Below, piece after piece: positions 35,745 through 48,671 of a DNA stretch of 64,000 nucleotides. This DNA comes from Mobula hypostoma. Lineage: Eukaryota. Numbering within the stretch: the stretch's first letter is position 1; each line of letters starts with the position of its first letter. A program made the position numbers and the translations under genes. The notes beneath the pieces are model-generated. The model was not told the origin of the DNA. It did not search any database and was given only the letters and a program-made list of their open reading frames with translations. The DNA lies in assembly GCF_963921235.1 (NCBI RefSeq), contig NC_086108.1:65226001-65290000 (forward strand). The letters run 5' to 3'.

Positions 35745-36385
35745 AAGTAACACACACAGAAAACAGCAAGTCAGGCAGCATCAATGGAAAAGAGTAAACA
35801 GTCCATGTTTCGGACTGAGACCCTTCTTCAGGACTGAGAAGGAAGGGGGAAGATTCCAGAATGAAAAGGAGGCAGGGCGGGGGAAGAGACAAGCCAGAGG
35901 TTGATAGGTGAAAACAACTGGGTGGGAAAGGCCAAGGGCTGGAGAAGAAAGAATCTAATAAGAGAGGAGAGTGGACAATAGGAGAAAGGAACCCAGGAAT
36001 TTGTTCACCCAAGGAGAAATCGATATTCATGCCATCAGGCCGGAGGGTACCCTGATGGAATATAAGGTGTTGCTCCTCCACCCTGAGGGTGACTTCACCC
36101 TGGCAGAAAAGACGGTCATAGATCAACATGTCGAAATGGGAATGGGAATGGGAAGGAGAATTAAAATATTTGGCCACTGGGAAGTCCCGCTTGTGGTGGA
36201 TGATGTGGAAGTGGTTCCCCAATTTACGACGGGTCTCACTAAAGTGAAAAGGGCCACATCGGGAGCACCGCACACAGTAGACGATCCCAGCAGATTCACA
36301 GGAGAAGTGTTGCCTCACCTGGAAGTTCTGTTTCGGGTCCTGAATGGAGGTGACGGAGGAAGTGAATGGGCAGATGTAGCACTTA
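35745..36385 (-). mobile_element. Older Penelope-like 3' fragment with decayed hammerhead (35800-35835)
   Basis: GIVYCVRCSRC..ETRRKL, LRVEEQHLIF and CTGAAGAAGGG..GAAAC. Confidence 0.8.
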
Positions 36386-38850
36386 ATATTACGATAGTCA
36401 TGGGGGATTTTAACATGCAGGTTGATTGGGAAAATCAGGTTGGTAATGGATCGCAAGAGAGTGAGTTTGTTGAATGCCTAGAAGGTGGCTTTATAGAGCA
36501 GTTTGTCATTGGGCCTCCTAGGGGATCAGCTATACTGGATTGGGTGTTATGTAATGAATTAGAGGTCATTAGGGAGCTTAAGGTAAAAGAACCCTTAGGA
36601 ATCAGTGATCACAATATGATTGAATTCAACTGGAAATTTGATAGGGAAAAAGTAAAGTCTGACGTAACTGTAATTCAGTGGAGTAAGAGAAATTACATTG
36701 GTATGAGAGAGGAGTTGGTTAGAGTAATTTGGATGGAGCTGCTGGCAGGGATGTCAGCAGAGCAGCAATGGTGTGTGTTTCTGGAAAAAATGAGGAAAGT
36801 GCAGGACATGTATATTTCAAAAGTGACAAAATACTCAAATGGCAAAGTAGTACAACCATGCTGACAAGAGAAGTCAAAGCTAATGTATAAAACAAAAGAG
36901 AGGGCATACAACAAAGCAAAAATTGGGAAGTTTTTAAAAACCTACAGAAAACAACTAAAAGAACCATTAGAAGGGAAAAGGTGAAATATGAAAGTAAGCT
37001 AGCAAATAATATCAAAGTGGATAGTAAAAGCTTTTTTCAAGTATGTAAAAAAAGAGAAATGAGAGTGGATATAAGACCGCTAGAAAATGAGGCAGGAGAA
37101 ATAATAATGGGGGACAAGGAGATGACAGATAAACTAAATAAATATTTTGCAACAGTCTTCATTGTGGAAGACACTAGCAGTGTGCCAGAAGTTGTATGTG
37201 TGTGAAGGAAAAGAAGCGGGTGCAAGGGGGAAGGTGCCAAAAAGCTGAAAGACCTAAAAGTATCTAAGTCACCTGGACCAGATGGACTGCACCCCAGGGT
37301 TCTGAAAGAAGTTGTGTTAGAGATTGTGGCGGGAATAGAAATGATCTTTCAAAAATCATTGGACTCTGGCATGGTGCCAGAGGACGGGAAAATTGCAAAT
37401 GTCACTCCACTCTTTAAGAAAGAAGGAAGGCAGCAAAAAGAAAATTATAGACCAGTTAGCCCGACGTCCGTGGTTGGGAAGATGTTAGAGTCAGTTGTTA
37501 AGGGCGCGGTGATGTAGTACTTGGTGATACAGGGCTAGAGAGAACAAAGTCAACATGGTTTCCTTAAGGGAAAATCCTGCCTGGTGAACCTGCTGGAATT
37601 CTTTGAAGAGATTACACATAGGATCGATAAAGGGGATGCAGCGTATGTTGTATACTTGGACTTTCAGAAGGTTTTTGACAAGGTACCACACATGAGGCTG
37701 CTTACCAAGTTAAGAGCCTGTGGTATTACAGGAAAGTTACTAACATGGTTAGAGCATTGACTGATTGGAAGAAGGCAGTGAGTGGGAATAAAAGGATCCT
37801 TTTCTGGTTGGCTGCCAGTGACTAGTGGTGTTCCGCAGGGGTCAGTGCTGGGACCACTTCTTTTTATGCCGTATATAAATGATTTAGATGATGAAATAGA
37901 TGGCTTTTTTGCCAAGTGTGTAGATGATACGAAGCTTGGTGAAGGGGCAGGTAACTTTAAGGAAAGCGGTAGGATGAAGAAGGATTTAGACAGATTAGGA
38001 GAATGGGCAAGAAAGTAGCAAATGAAATATAATAATGGAATATGCATTGTCATGCACTTTGGAAGTAGAAATTAATGTGCAGACTATTTTCTAAATGGGG
38101 AGAAAATCCAAACATCTGAGATGCAGAGGGACTTGGGAGTTGTTGTGTGGAAAACCCTAAAGATTAACTTGCAGGTTGAGTAAGTGGTGAGGACGGCAAA
38201 TGCAATGTTAGCATTCATTTCAAGAGGTCTAGAATACAAGAGCACGGATGTAATGCTAAGGCTTTTTCAGGCACTGGTGAGGCCTCACCTTAAGTATTGT
38301 GTATAGTTTTGGTCTCCTCATCTTAGAAGAGATGTGCTGGCATTGGAGAGGGTCCAGAGGAGGTTCACAAGGATGATTCCAGGAATGAAAGCGTTATCAT
38401 ACAAGGAATGTTTGATGACTCTAGGTCTGTCTCACTGGAACTTAGAAGAATGGGGGGGGGGGGGGAATCTTATTGAAACCTTTCGAATGTTGAAAGGAAT
38501 AGTCAAAGTGGGAGATGGAAAGGATGTTTCCCATGGTGAGAGAGTGTAGGACAAGAGGGCGCAGTCACAGGATAGAGGGGCATCCATTCAAAACAGAGAT
38601 GCAGGGACATTTCTTTAGCCAGAGGGTGGTGAATTTGTGGAATTTGAAGCAGCTGTGGAGACCAGATCGTTGGGTGTATTTAAGGCAGAGACTGATAGAT
38701 TCTTGATTGGACATGGCACCAGAGGTTACAGGGAGAAGGCCGGGAACTGGGGTTGAGGAGGAGGGAAAAAAGGATCTGCCATGATTGAATGACGGAGCAG
38801 ACTCGATGGGCCAAATGGCCTAATTCTGCTCCTATATTTTATGGTCTTAT
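36386..38850 (+). mobile_element. CR1 LINE ORF2, disrupted
   Basis: [32 protein letters not shown] and a 3' tail. Confidence 0.92.
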
Positions 38851-39169
38851 GCTCTAAAATTAACAGCTACAACTACAGATCACACAGAAACATGAATTAT
38901 AAACTCGTGTGTTCAGGTAATTTAAAAATCAACTATTTCACAAAATATCATCATGCAACCAATTACCTTTTGAAACTAGAAGCCTAGGAACCATAGCTTG
39001 ACATATCTACAATTATTGGACAGCAGTGTCTTTTTAAATAAATTGGCATACAAAATGGGGTTAATTTTTCATAATTCTGCAACAGAATGTTGAACATGAA
39101 AATAAAGCTTCACATTTAAAGTTGAAACTCACCAAGTGAGCATCAATAGAGCACTGCAAACTTAAAGAT

Positions 39170-39300
39170 CTGTTTTGACTGAAGAGTACTGAGCTGAAAC
39201 ATGAACTCTGCATCTCTCAGTCTCCATGGATGCATGATGAGCTGAGTATTTCACGTATTTTCTGTTTTTATTTATAATATCCAGTAACAGCAGTTTCTAT
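39170..39300 (+). mobile_element. Highly decayed Penelope 3' terminus remnant
   Basis: CTGAAACATGAACTCTG..GATGC..GCTGAGTATTTC resembles the PLE terminus. Confidence 0.4.
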
Positions 39301-40282
39301 TTGTTTTCCAAAGCATGCAAGCTTGTTCTGATTGGAACTGCATGAAAGGCAGTATTTCACATAATATAGCATAAAGGGTAAAATAGCTAACTGAAACCAG
39401 ATCAACTTAATTTCTTAAGCAAATTGGCAACTAAACTTATTCTCACCTCACTTGATCTTGTCTCTAAAGGTATGGGAATACTTTTAATGGAACTGTCCGA
39501 TTCATTTTCCAAACCTGAAGTCAGAACCACCCAACATTGTAAAGCAGGAAATTTATTGTTGGATAAATTAAAGTAAAACCCTTCAGTTGTTTTATCAATT
39601 TGTATCAGAATCAAAATCAGCTTCATTAGCATTATCTTATATGGCTTGAAATTTATTCTTTTGTAACAGCAGTACAGTGCAGGACATAACATTACTACAA
39701 ATTACAAAATAAGTAAATAGTGTAAAAAAGTGATTAATGAGTTCATAGACCATTTATAAATCTGATGACAGAGGGGAAGAAGCTGTTCCTGAATCATTGA
39801 GTATGGAATGCAATACAAAAGCAACAAAAAATGACTTCGATCAACACTGCACCCAGTGTTTGGTCAACACAACACTCCAGTTCAACATTAGTAAGGTGGT
39901 TATAAAGCAAGCTTAATAGAATTCCAAAATCAAAAGAAGTGAATGTTTTAATATGAGTGACATTCTTGTTAAAGAGTATCTTGGGTATTTCTAGCTGTAA
40001 CTATGAAAAATATACAGTTATTGCTAAAACCAAAGTAAAAAAAAACTTTCTTAAGTATCTTTAACTTAGTCTAAAATCTACAGGAGTACCATCATAAAAA
40101 ATTTGACACAGAACCACTTAGAAAGATACAAAGCAAATGGCATAGCATGGTTAAAAAGGTAGTTTTAAAGGAGGGATCCAGGAGATAAAATGTGAGATAG
40201 AAAGATGAAGATGTTTTGACAGGGAACTGTGAAGAACAATTCTTGAGGTACAGATGACATGGCGCATACATTGCAGCGATTA

Positions 40283-41995
40283 GAAAATGAAGAGCAAGAG
40301 GATAAGACGTGAAAGAATAGGAGCTATCAAGTGCGACAGTGGGGAAGTGTGTATAGAACCGGAGGAAATAGCAGAGGTACTTAATGAATACTTTACTTCA
40401 GTATTCACTATGGAAAAGGATCTTGGTGATTGTAGTGATGATTCGCAGCAGACTGAAAAGCTTGAGCATGTAGATATTAAGAAAGAGGATGTGCTGGAGG
40501 TTTTGGAAAGCATCGAGTTGAATAAGTCACCAGGATCAGATGAGATGTATCCCAGGCTACTGTGGGAGGCGAGGGAGGATTGCTGAGCCTCTGGTGATGA
40601 TCTTTGCATCATCAATGGGGACGTGGGAGGTTCCGGAAGATTGGAGGGTTGCGGATGTTGTTCCTTTATTCAAGAAAGGGAGTAGAGGTAGCCCAGGAAA
40701 TTATAGACCAGTGAGTCTTACCTCAGTGGTTGGTAAGTTGATGGAGAAGATCCTGAGAGGCAGGATTTATGGACATTTGGAGAGGTATAATGTGATTAGG
40801 AATAGTCAGCATGGCTTTGTCAAGGGCAGGTCATGCCTTACGAGCCTGATTGAATTTTTTGAGGATGTGACTAAACACATTGATGAAGGAAGAGCAGTAG
40901 ATGTAGTGTATATGGATTTCAGCAAGGGATTTGACAAGGTACCCCATGCAAGGCTTATTGAGAAAGTAAGGAGGCATGGAATCCAAGGTGACATTGCTTT
41001 ATGGATCCAGAATTGGCTTGCCCACAGAAGGCAAAGAGTGGTTGTAGACGGGTCATTTTCTGTATGGAGATTGGTGACCAGTGGTGTGCCTCAGGGATCT
41101 GTTCTGGGACCCCTACTCTTCGTGATTTTTATAAATGACCTGGATGAGGAAGTGGAGGGATGGGTTAGTAAGTTTGCTGATGACACAAAGGTTGGAGGTG
41201 TTGTGGATAGTGTGGAGGGCTGTCAGAGGTTACAGCAGGACATCGATAGGATGCAAAACTGGGCTGAGAAGTGGCAGATGGAGTTCAACCCATCTAAGTG
41301 TGAAGTGGTTCATTTTGGTAGGTCAAATACAATGGCAGAATATAGTATTAATGGTAAGACTCTTGGCAGTGTGGAGGATCAGAGGGACCTTGGGGTCTGA
41401 GTCCACAGGACGCTCAAAGCAGCTGCGCAGATTGACACTGTGGTTAAGAAGGCATACGGTGTATTGGCCTTCATCAATCATGAAACTGAGTTTAGGAACC
41501 ACTACAGGAAGGGTGTGGAAGCCATAGAAAGGGTGCAGAGGAGATTTACAAGGATGTTGCCTGGATTCGGGAGCATGCCTTATGAAAACAGGTTGAGTGA
41601 GCTCAGCCTTTTCTCCTTGGAGCGACGGAGGATGAGAGGTGACCTGATAGAGGTGTGTAAGATGATGAGAGGCATTGATCATGTGGATAGCCAGAGGCTT
41701 TTTCCCAGGGCTGAAATGGTTGCCACAGGAGGACACAGGTTGAAGGAGCTGGGGAGTAGGTACAGAGGAGATGTCAGTTTTTTACTCAGGGAGTGGTGAG
41801 TGTGTGGAATGGGCTGCCGGCAATGTTGATGGAGGCAGATATGATAGGGTATTTTAAGAGACTTTTGGATAGGTACATGGAGAAAGATAGAGAACTATGG
41901 GTAAGTCTAGTAATTTCTAAGGTAGGGACATGTTCGGCACAACTTTGCGGGATGAAGGGCCTGTATTATGCTGTAGGTTTTCTATGTTCTATGTT
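40283..41995 (+). mobile_element. CR1 LINE RT and 3' end, small internal deletion at ~41497
   Basis: 286-aa RT ORF with [19 protein letters not shown] and KFADD. Confidence 0.95.
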
Positions 41996-44009
41996 TTAAG
42001 ATGCACATGAGACCAGAACTGAAGTACTCTTATCTTGGAGAGTTTTAGGGATGCAACAGTTTAAAGTGGTAGGTCACAGAGGATTTGAAACAATATCTTT
42101 GAAAATGATCCTGTTGCTTATTGGGGCACAATGTACATAATTGAGCAGTTTATTTGACTAATTAACAAAAATTGTGTTGATTAGTTCACTATCAATTTGA
42201 TAAATTAACAAAGCATGAGTGATATAATTACTCCTTCAATTTGCTTATTTTTGATTGTTATAACTTCTGTTGTTCAATTTTCTGATTTTACTGAAATAAT
42301 TTTTCTTATCCATCATATTCACTTGGAAATTTTATCATTTTCTCAAATCTACCCATCTGTTAGTTTTCTTAATTCAATATGAACACACTTAGCTCTTTAA
42401 TCTTGTCATGTTTTGATGATTTATAATGTGATAAAATGCTATTTAATCTTTTTCTCAATTTTTCCTAATATCTTTTTTGGTAAGTACATTGACCCTAACA
42501 ATAATACTTAGTGCATATAATTTAACCTTACAATTGTCAGTACCTTTTCGTGAGCCTCTATTGATAATGGAAAATTTCAAAGTTATGCTATTACAGTAAT
42601 AATTAAACTGAATTCTATAGAAAATAAGAAAATGTTTTCCATTTGGAACTTAATACCAGAGTCCCCTCTCCAATTTCCCAGTAAAAGCAATAGAATACCT
42701 GACAGCCACTCAGCTCCTCAGTGTTTAAAGATGTTCTTTATATGTACCTGAGAATGTACCTCTTGCCAAAGTTCAGCCATACTCCCAGGGAGAGATTACA
42801 TTGGATGTTGTAGTATTAGAAAGAGACAGACCAAACATTCCACATTCTTTTCATGAATATGTCATCCTGCTTCCTCTCCCGTTACCAATCTGCAATCTTT
42901 TTCCATTATGAAAGCTTTGAATCCACTTGATACTATAATGGTGCTGTAAATCAGTCATCCAACACACAAGACATGAAAATGTTGCACTATTTGCATATAA
43001 ACCATGTGGTAACTTTAGAACATGACTCTTTTTGATATAACACAATACCATTATTGCAAAAGAGAATCACATTCTTATTGTTATACATTCCATCTCAAAA
43101 CGTTGAATCTTCCAAAAATGCTAAACATTATAAACAGACTTTCAAACTTGCTCATTAAAATATGTTGAGACTGTAATCTGAGAATTTGGCAGATATGTGC
43201 CCTGGAGGAGAAAGCCAAGACCATAGCAGCTTGATGCTTTCTCTATTAGTTAGCCTTAGAGAGGATATTGGACAGTGGGTGGGGTAGGAGAAGGAAAGTA
43301 AAAAAAATCTCTAACCAGCGTATGTTTGAATTTGGATGTAGTTGTGTTTTCATTGTTAAGTGTTCTTTTCCAAATTAACTCAATTTGTATCTGAAGCTGT
43401 TATGACATTTTTATGGTTAATTATGCAGTCACTGGGCACAAACAACTGGAGCTGATGGATTCAATAAATATTAGTTTGGCTTTCTTTTGAATGGTATGAG
43501 TGAGTAACAGAAGATACTAAACACATGATATGTATTATACATAACTGACTTGTACAGATGAAAGCACTAAAAAATTTACTTCTTAACAATATGAAAATAT
43601 TGCACTGCCAGCTACATACCCAAGAAAAATTTGCACTGATGTTGAATATGAGATAGAAACATGCATTAAAAAATTACATCATGGCCTCAATACCACTCCC
43701 GTTCACATATCCAGCATATGCAAAATGGAACACAAACTATATGCTGGACCATGTCCTTAACATAATGTGTATTAACATCACTAAAAGTCACATATGTGCT
43801 GCAGACACTTTCTGGTAGGAGCCAAAAGGCCTCCAGAGCCAAAATTTTAATGGATCTCAGAGTAAGTAGTCTGTTGCCTTTTCATTTTGCAGTCCATCCA
43901 AAAACATTTCACTGTCAATAAACTCTGTTCAGGTGCTTAGCTTGTCTTTGAACTTATTCGTCTATGAACTGTTTGAGGATCACGATTCTCAGGGAGGTAG
44001 TGGTTGAGT

Positions 44010-45050
44010 AAGACTGTAAGACTATGAGATCATAAGATAAAGGATCAGAATTAGGCCACTCAGCACATCGGGTCTGCTGTGCCACTCCTTCATGGCTGAC
44101 TTATTAACCCTCTCAGCCCCATTCTCCTGCCCTCTCCCTGCAACCTTCGACGCTCTGACTAATTAAGAACTTACCAATCTCCACTTTAAATCCACGCTAT
44201 GACTTGGCTTTCACAGCTATCTGTGGTAATGATTTCTACAGATTTACTCCTCTCTGGCTAAAGAAATTCCTCATCTCTGCTGTAAATGGATGTGCCTCTA
44301 TTTTGAGGCTGTACGCTCCGGTCCTAGACTTCCCCACTATCAACATCCTCTCCTTGTCCACTCTATATAGGCTTTTCAATATTTGACTGGTGTCGATGAA
44401 ATAAGATCATAAGACATAGGAGCAGAATTAGTTCATTTGGCCCACCTAGTCTGCTCCACCATTCAATCATGGCTGATCCTTTTTTCCCGTTCTCAACCCC
44501 ATTCCCTGGCCTTCTTCCCATGGACTTTGATGCCATGTCCAATTAAGAACCATCAATCTCTGCCTTAAATACAACCAATGACTTGGCTTCCACAACTGCC
44601 TGTAACAAATTCCACAAATTCACCACCCTCAGGATAAAGAAATTTCTCTGCATCTCTATTTTAAATGCTTCCCCTCTATCCTGAGGCTGTGCCATCTTGT
44701 CCTAGACTCCCCCATCATGGGAAACATCCTTTCCATATCTACTCTGCCCAGGCCTTTCAACATTTGAGATCCACCCCTCTCTCATTCTTCTAAATTCCAG
44801 CAAGTACAGACCCAGAGTCATCAACCTTTTGAACTGCCTCTGGACCCTCTCCAATGCCAGCACATCTTTTCTTAGATGAGGAGCCCAAAACTGTTCACAA
44901 TACTCAAGATGAAGCTTCGCCAGTGCTTTATAAAGCCTCAATATCACATCCCTGCACTTGTATTCAAGACTTCTTGAAATTAATGTTAACATCCCTCTCA
45001 TTCTTCTAAACTCCAGTGAGTACAGGCCCAGAGCCATCAAATGCTTCTCA
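44010..45050 (-). mobile_element. Two stacked CR1 3' fragments
   Basis: Two CR1 tails (starting ~44010 and ~44402) and LEYCEQFWAPHLRKD. Confidence 0.75.
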
Positions 45051-45059
45051 TATGCTTAA

Positions 45060-46135
45060 GGTGCAAAGTATATTTATTATCAAACTACATATTTATCATC
45101 ATATCAAACCCTAAGATTATTTTCTTGTAGGCATTCACAGTAAATACAAGAAACACAGTAGAATCAATGAAAGACCACCCCAAGCAATGTGCAAAAAACA
45201 AACTGTGAAAATACAAATATTTTAAAAATCATAATAAATTAATATTAAGAAGAAGAATCATTGAAAGTGAGCTCATAGTTTATGGGAACAGTTCATTGAT
45301 GGGAAGATCAAAGTTATCCCCTCTGGTTCAAGAGCCTGATGGTTGAGGGGTAATGACATTTCCTGAAAGTGGTAGTGTAGGTCCTGAGGCTCCTGTACCT
45401 TCATCCTGATGACAGCAGCAAGAAGAGAGCATGACCTGGAAGGTGGGGTATCCTTGATGATCTACTAGTACTTCTCTCCAGTGACTTCCTTCATGCAACA
45501 ACATGCACCATGTAGATGTGCTCAGTGGTGGGGACGGTTTTACCTGTGATAGACCAGGCCATATCCACTACTTTTTGTGGACTTTGCATTTAGAGGGCAC
45601 TGGTGTTTCCGTACCAAGCCATGATGCAACCAGTCAATATATTGTCCACCACACATTCATATAAGTTTGACAGTTTTAGATGGCATGCTGAATTTTCGCA
45701 AAATTCTAAAAAAAAATGTAGAGGTGCTGCCATGCTTTCTTTGTAATGGCACTTATGTGCTGGACCCAGGAAAGATCCTCTGAAATGGTAACTCTGAGGA
45801 ATTTAAAGTTGCTGACCTTCTTTGTCTCTGATACCCCAATGGACCCCAGGCTAGCTCCTTGGTCTTGCTTACTTTGAATGAAAGGTTGTGGTTGTGGCAC
45901 TACTCAGCCAGGTTTTTATTCTCCCGCCTATATGCTGATTTCATCACCACCTTTGATTCATTCAATGAAAGTTGTGTCATCTGCAAACAAATCTGTCATT
46001 GGAGCTGTGCTTAGCCTCACAGTCATAAGTGTAAAAGTGAGTAGAACAGGGGCTAAGCTCACTGCCTTGTAGTGCACCTGTGCTGACAAAGATTGTGGAG
46101 GAGACATTGTTACTAATCCAAGCTGACTGGAGTAA
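45060..46135 (-). mobile_element. Rex1-like LINE remnant
   Basis: STGALQGSELSP, LFADD, FKFLRVTISEDLSW. Confidence 0.7.
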
Positions 46136-46681
46136 CCCATTCATTCCTCGAATTATTCTCGTGGGCTCTCTCCAGTGCCAGCAGATTTTCTTAGAGAAAG
46201 GGCACAAAATTGCTCACAATACTTTGTGTGGTCTGACCAATGCCATATAAACCTCAGCATTACATCCTTGCTTTTATGTTTTTCTCAAAATGAATGCTAA
46301 CATTGGATTTGCCTTTCTTACCTGCAAGTTACTCAACCTACAAGTTAATCTTTTGGGAATACTAGACGAGAACTCTCAGGTCCTTTAGCATATCTGATCT
46401 TTGAATTTTCTCCAGTTAAAAATTATCTATGTCTTTATTCCTTCTACCAAAGTGGATGGCCATACACTTCCCTACACTATATTCCATCTGGTACTTCTTT
46501 GTCCATTCTCCTAATCTGCAAGTGCTCCAGCAGACTCCCTGCTTCCTCAAAACTACCTGCTCTGCACCTATCTTCGTATCATCTGCAAACTTAACTACAA
46601 AGCTATTAGTTTTGTCATCCAACACACATCAAAGTTGCTGGTGAACGCAGCAGGCCAAGCAGCATCTATAGGAAGAGGTGC

Positions 46682-46717
46682 AGTCGACATTTCAGGCCGA
46701 GACCCTTCGTCAGGACT
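46682..46717 (-). ncRNA. Minimal hammerhead ribozyme (inverted arm)
   Basis: AGTC-CTGACGA-AGGGTCTCGGCCT-GAAAT-GTC-GACT. Confidence 0.75.
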
Positions 46718-47171
46718 AACTGAAGGAAGAGTGAGTAAGGGATTTGAAAGCTGGAGGGGGAGGGGGAGATGCAAAATGATAGGAGAAGACAGGAGGGGGA
46801 GGGATAGAGCCGAGAGCTGGACAGGTGATAGGCAAAAGGGGATACGAGAGGATCATGGGACAAGAGGTCCGGGAAGAAAGACGGGGGGGGGGTGACCCAG
46901 AGGATGGGCAAGAGGTATATTCAGAGGGACAGAGGGAGAAAAAGGAGAGTGAGAAAAAGAATGTGTGCATAAAAATGAGTAACAGATGGGGTACGAGGGG
47001 GAGGTGGGGCCTAGCGGAAGTTAGAGAAGTCAATGTTCATGCCATCAGGTTGGAGGCTACCCAGATGGAATATAAGGTGTTGTTCCTCCAACCTGAGTGT
47101 GGCTTCGTCTTTACAGTAGAGGAGGCCGTGGATAGACATGTCAGAATGGGAATGGGATGTGGAATTAAAAT

Positions 47172-48341
47172 GTGGGCACCCGTATGGGTCCTAGCTATGC
47201 CTGCCTTTTTGTTGGGTTTGTGGAACAATCTATGTTCCGTGCCTATTCTGGTATCTGTCCCCCACTTTTCCTTCGCTACATCGACGACTGCATTGGCGCT
47301 GCTTCCTGCACGCATGCAGAACTCGTTGACTTTATTAACTTTGCCTCCAACTTTCACCCTGCCCTCAAGTTTACCTGGTCCATTTCCGACACCTCCCTCC
47401 CCTTTCTAGATCTTTCTGTCTCTGTCTCTGGAGACAGCTTATCCACTGATGTCTACTATAAGCCTACTGACTCTCACAGCTATCTGGACTATTCCTCTTC
47501 TCACCCTGTCTCTTGCAAAAACGCCATCCCCTTCTCGCAATTCCTCCGTCTCCGCCGCATCTGCTCTCAGGATGAGGCTTTTCATTCTAGGACGAGGGAG
47601 ATGTCTTCATTTTTTAAAGAAAGGGGCTTCCCTTCCTCCACTATCAACTCTGCTCTTAAACGCATCTCCCCCATTTCACGTACATCTGCTCTCACTCCAT
47701 CCTCCCACCACCCCACTAGGAATAGGGTTCCCCTGGTCCTCACCTACCACCCCACCAGCCTCCGGGTCCAACATATTATTCTCCGTAACTTCCGCCACCT
47801 CCAACGGGATCCCACCACTAAGCCCATCTTTCCCGCCCCCCTCTCTGCATTCCGCAGGGATCGCTCCCTACACAACTCCCTTGTCCATTCATCCCCCCCA
47901 TCCCTCCCCACTGATCTCCCTCCTGGCACTTATCCGTGTAAGCGGAACAAGTGCTACACCTGCCCTTACACTTCCTCCCTTACCACCATTCAGGGCCCCA
48001 AACAGTCCTTCCAGGTGAGGCATCACTTCACCTGTGAGTCGACTGGGGTGATATACTGCGTCCGGTGCTCCCGATGTGGCCTTTTATATATTGGTGAGAC
48101 CCGACGCAGACTGGGAGACCGCTTTGCTGAACATCTACACTCTGTCCGCCAGAGAAAGCAGGATCTCCCAGTGGCCACACATTTTAATTCCACATCCCAT
48201 TCCCATTCTGACATGTCTATCCACGGCCTCCTCTACTGTAAAGATGAAGCCACACTCAGGTTGGAGGAACAACACCTTATATTCCGTCTGGGTAGCCTCC
48301 AACCTGATGGCATGAACATTGACTTCTCTAACTTCCGCTAG
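47172..48341 (+). CDS. Penelope RT C-terminal half plus GIY-YIG endonuclease (uninterrupted but 5'-truncated)
   Basis: MGTRMGPSYA, RYIDD, LPFLDL, YYKPTD, CKRNKCYTC and GVIY..YIGET in a 389-aa open frame. Confidence 0.85.
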   Translation: MGTRMGPSYACLFVGFVEQSMFRAYSGICPPLFLRYIDDCIGAASCTHAELVDFINFASNFHPALKFTWSISDTSLPFLDLSVSVSGDSLSTDVYYKPTDSHSYLDYSSSHPVSCKNAIPFSQFLRLRRICSQDEAFHSRTREMSSFFKERGFPSSTINSALKRISPISRTSALTPSSHHPTRNRVPLVLTYHPTSLRVQHIILRNFRHLQRDPTTKPIFPAPLSAFRRDRSLHNSLVHSSPPSLPTDLPPGTYPCKRNKCYTCPYTSSLTTIQGPKQSFQVRHHFTCESTGVIYCVRCSRCGLLYIGETRRRLGDRFAEHLHSVRQRKQDLPVATHFNSTSHSHSDMSIHGLLYCKDEATLRLEEQHLIFRLGSLQPDGMNIDFSNFR

Positions 48342-48635
48342 GCCCCACCTCCCCCTCGTACCCCATCTGTTACTCATTTTTATGCACACATTCTTTCTCT
48401 CACTCTCCTTTTTCTCCCTCTGTCCCTCTGAATATACCTCTTGCCCATCCTCTGGGTCACCCCCCCCCCCGTCTTTCTTCCCGGACCTCCTGTCCCATGA
48501 TCCTCTCGTATCCCCTTTTGCCTATCACCTGTCCAGCTCTCGGCTCTATCCCTCCCCCTCCTGTCTTCTCCTATCATTTTGCATCTTCCCCTCCCCCTCC
48601 AGCTTTCAAATCCCTTACTCACTCTTCCTTCAGTT

Positions 48636-48671
48636 AGTCCTGACGAAGGGTCTCGGCCTGAAATGTCGACT
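48636..48671 (+). ncRNA. Minimal hammerhead ribozyme (main arm)
   Basis: AGTC-CTGACGA-AGGGTCTCGGCCT-GAAAT-GTC-GACT. Confidence 0.75.

Noticed and set aside
35971..36864. 297-aa ORF
   Set aside because: Antisense Penelope sequence fused to a CR1 endonuclease fragment.
43805..43861. Plus-strand exon ending at GTAAGT
   Set aside because: Weak acceptor, no partner exons and no recognisable peptide.
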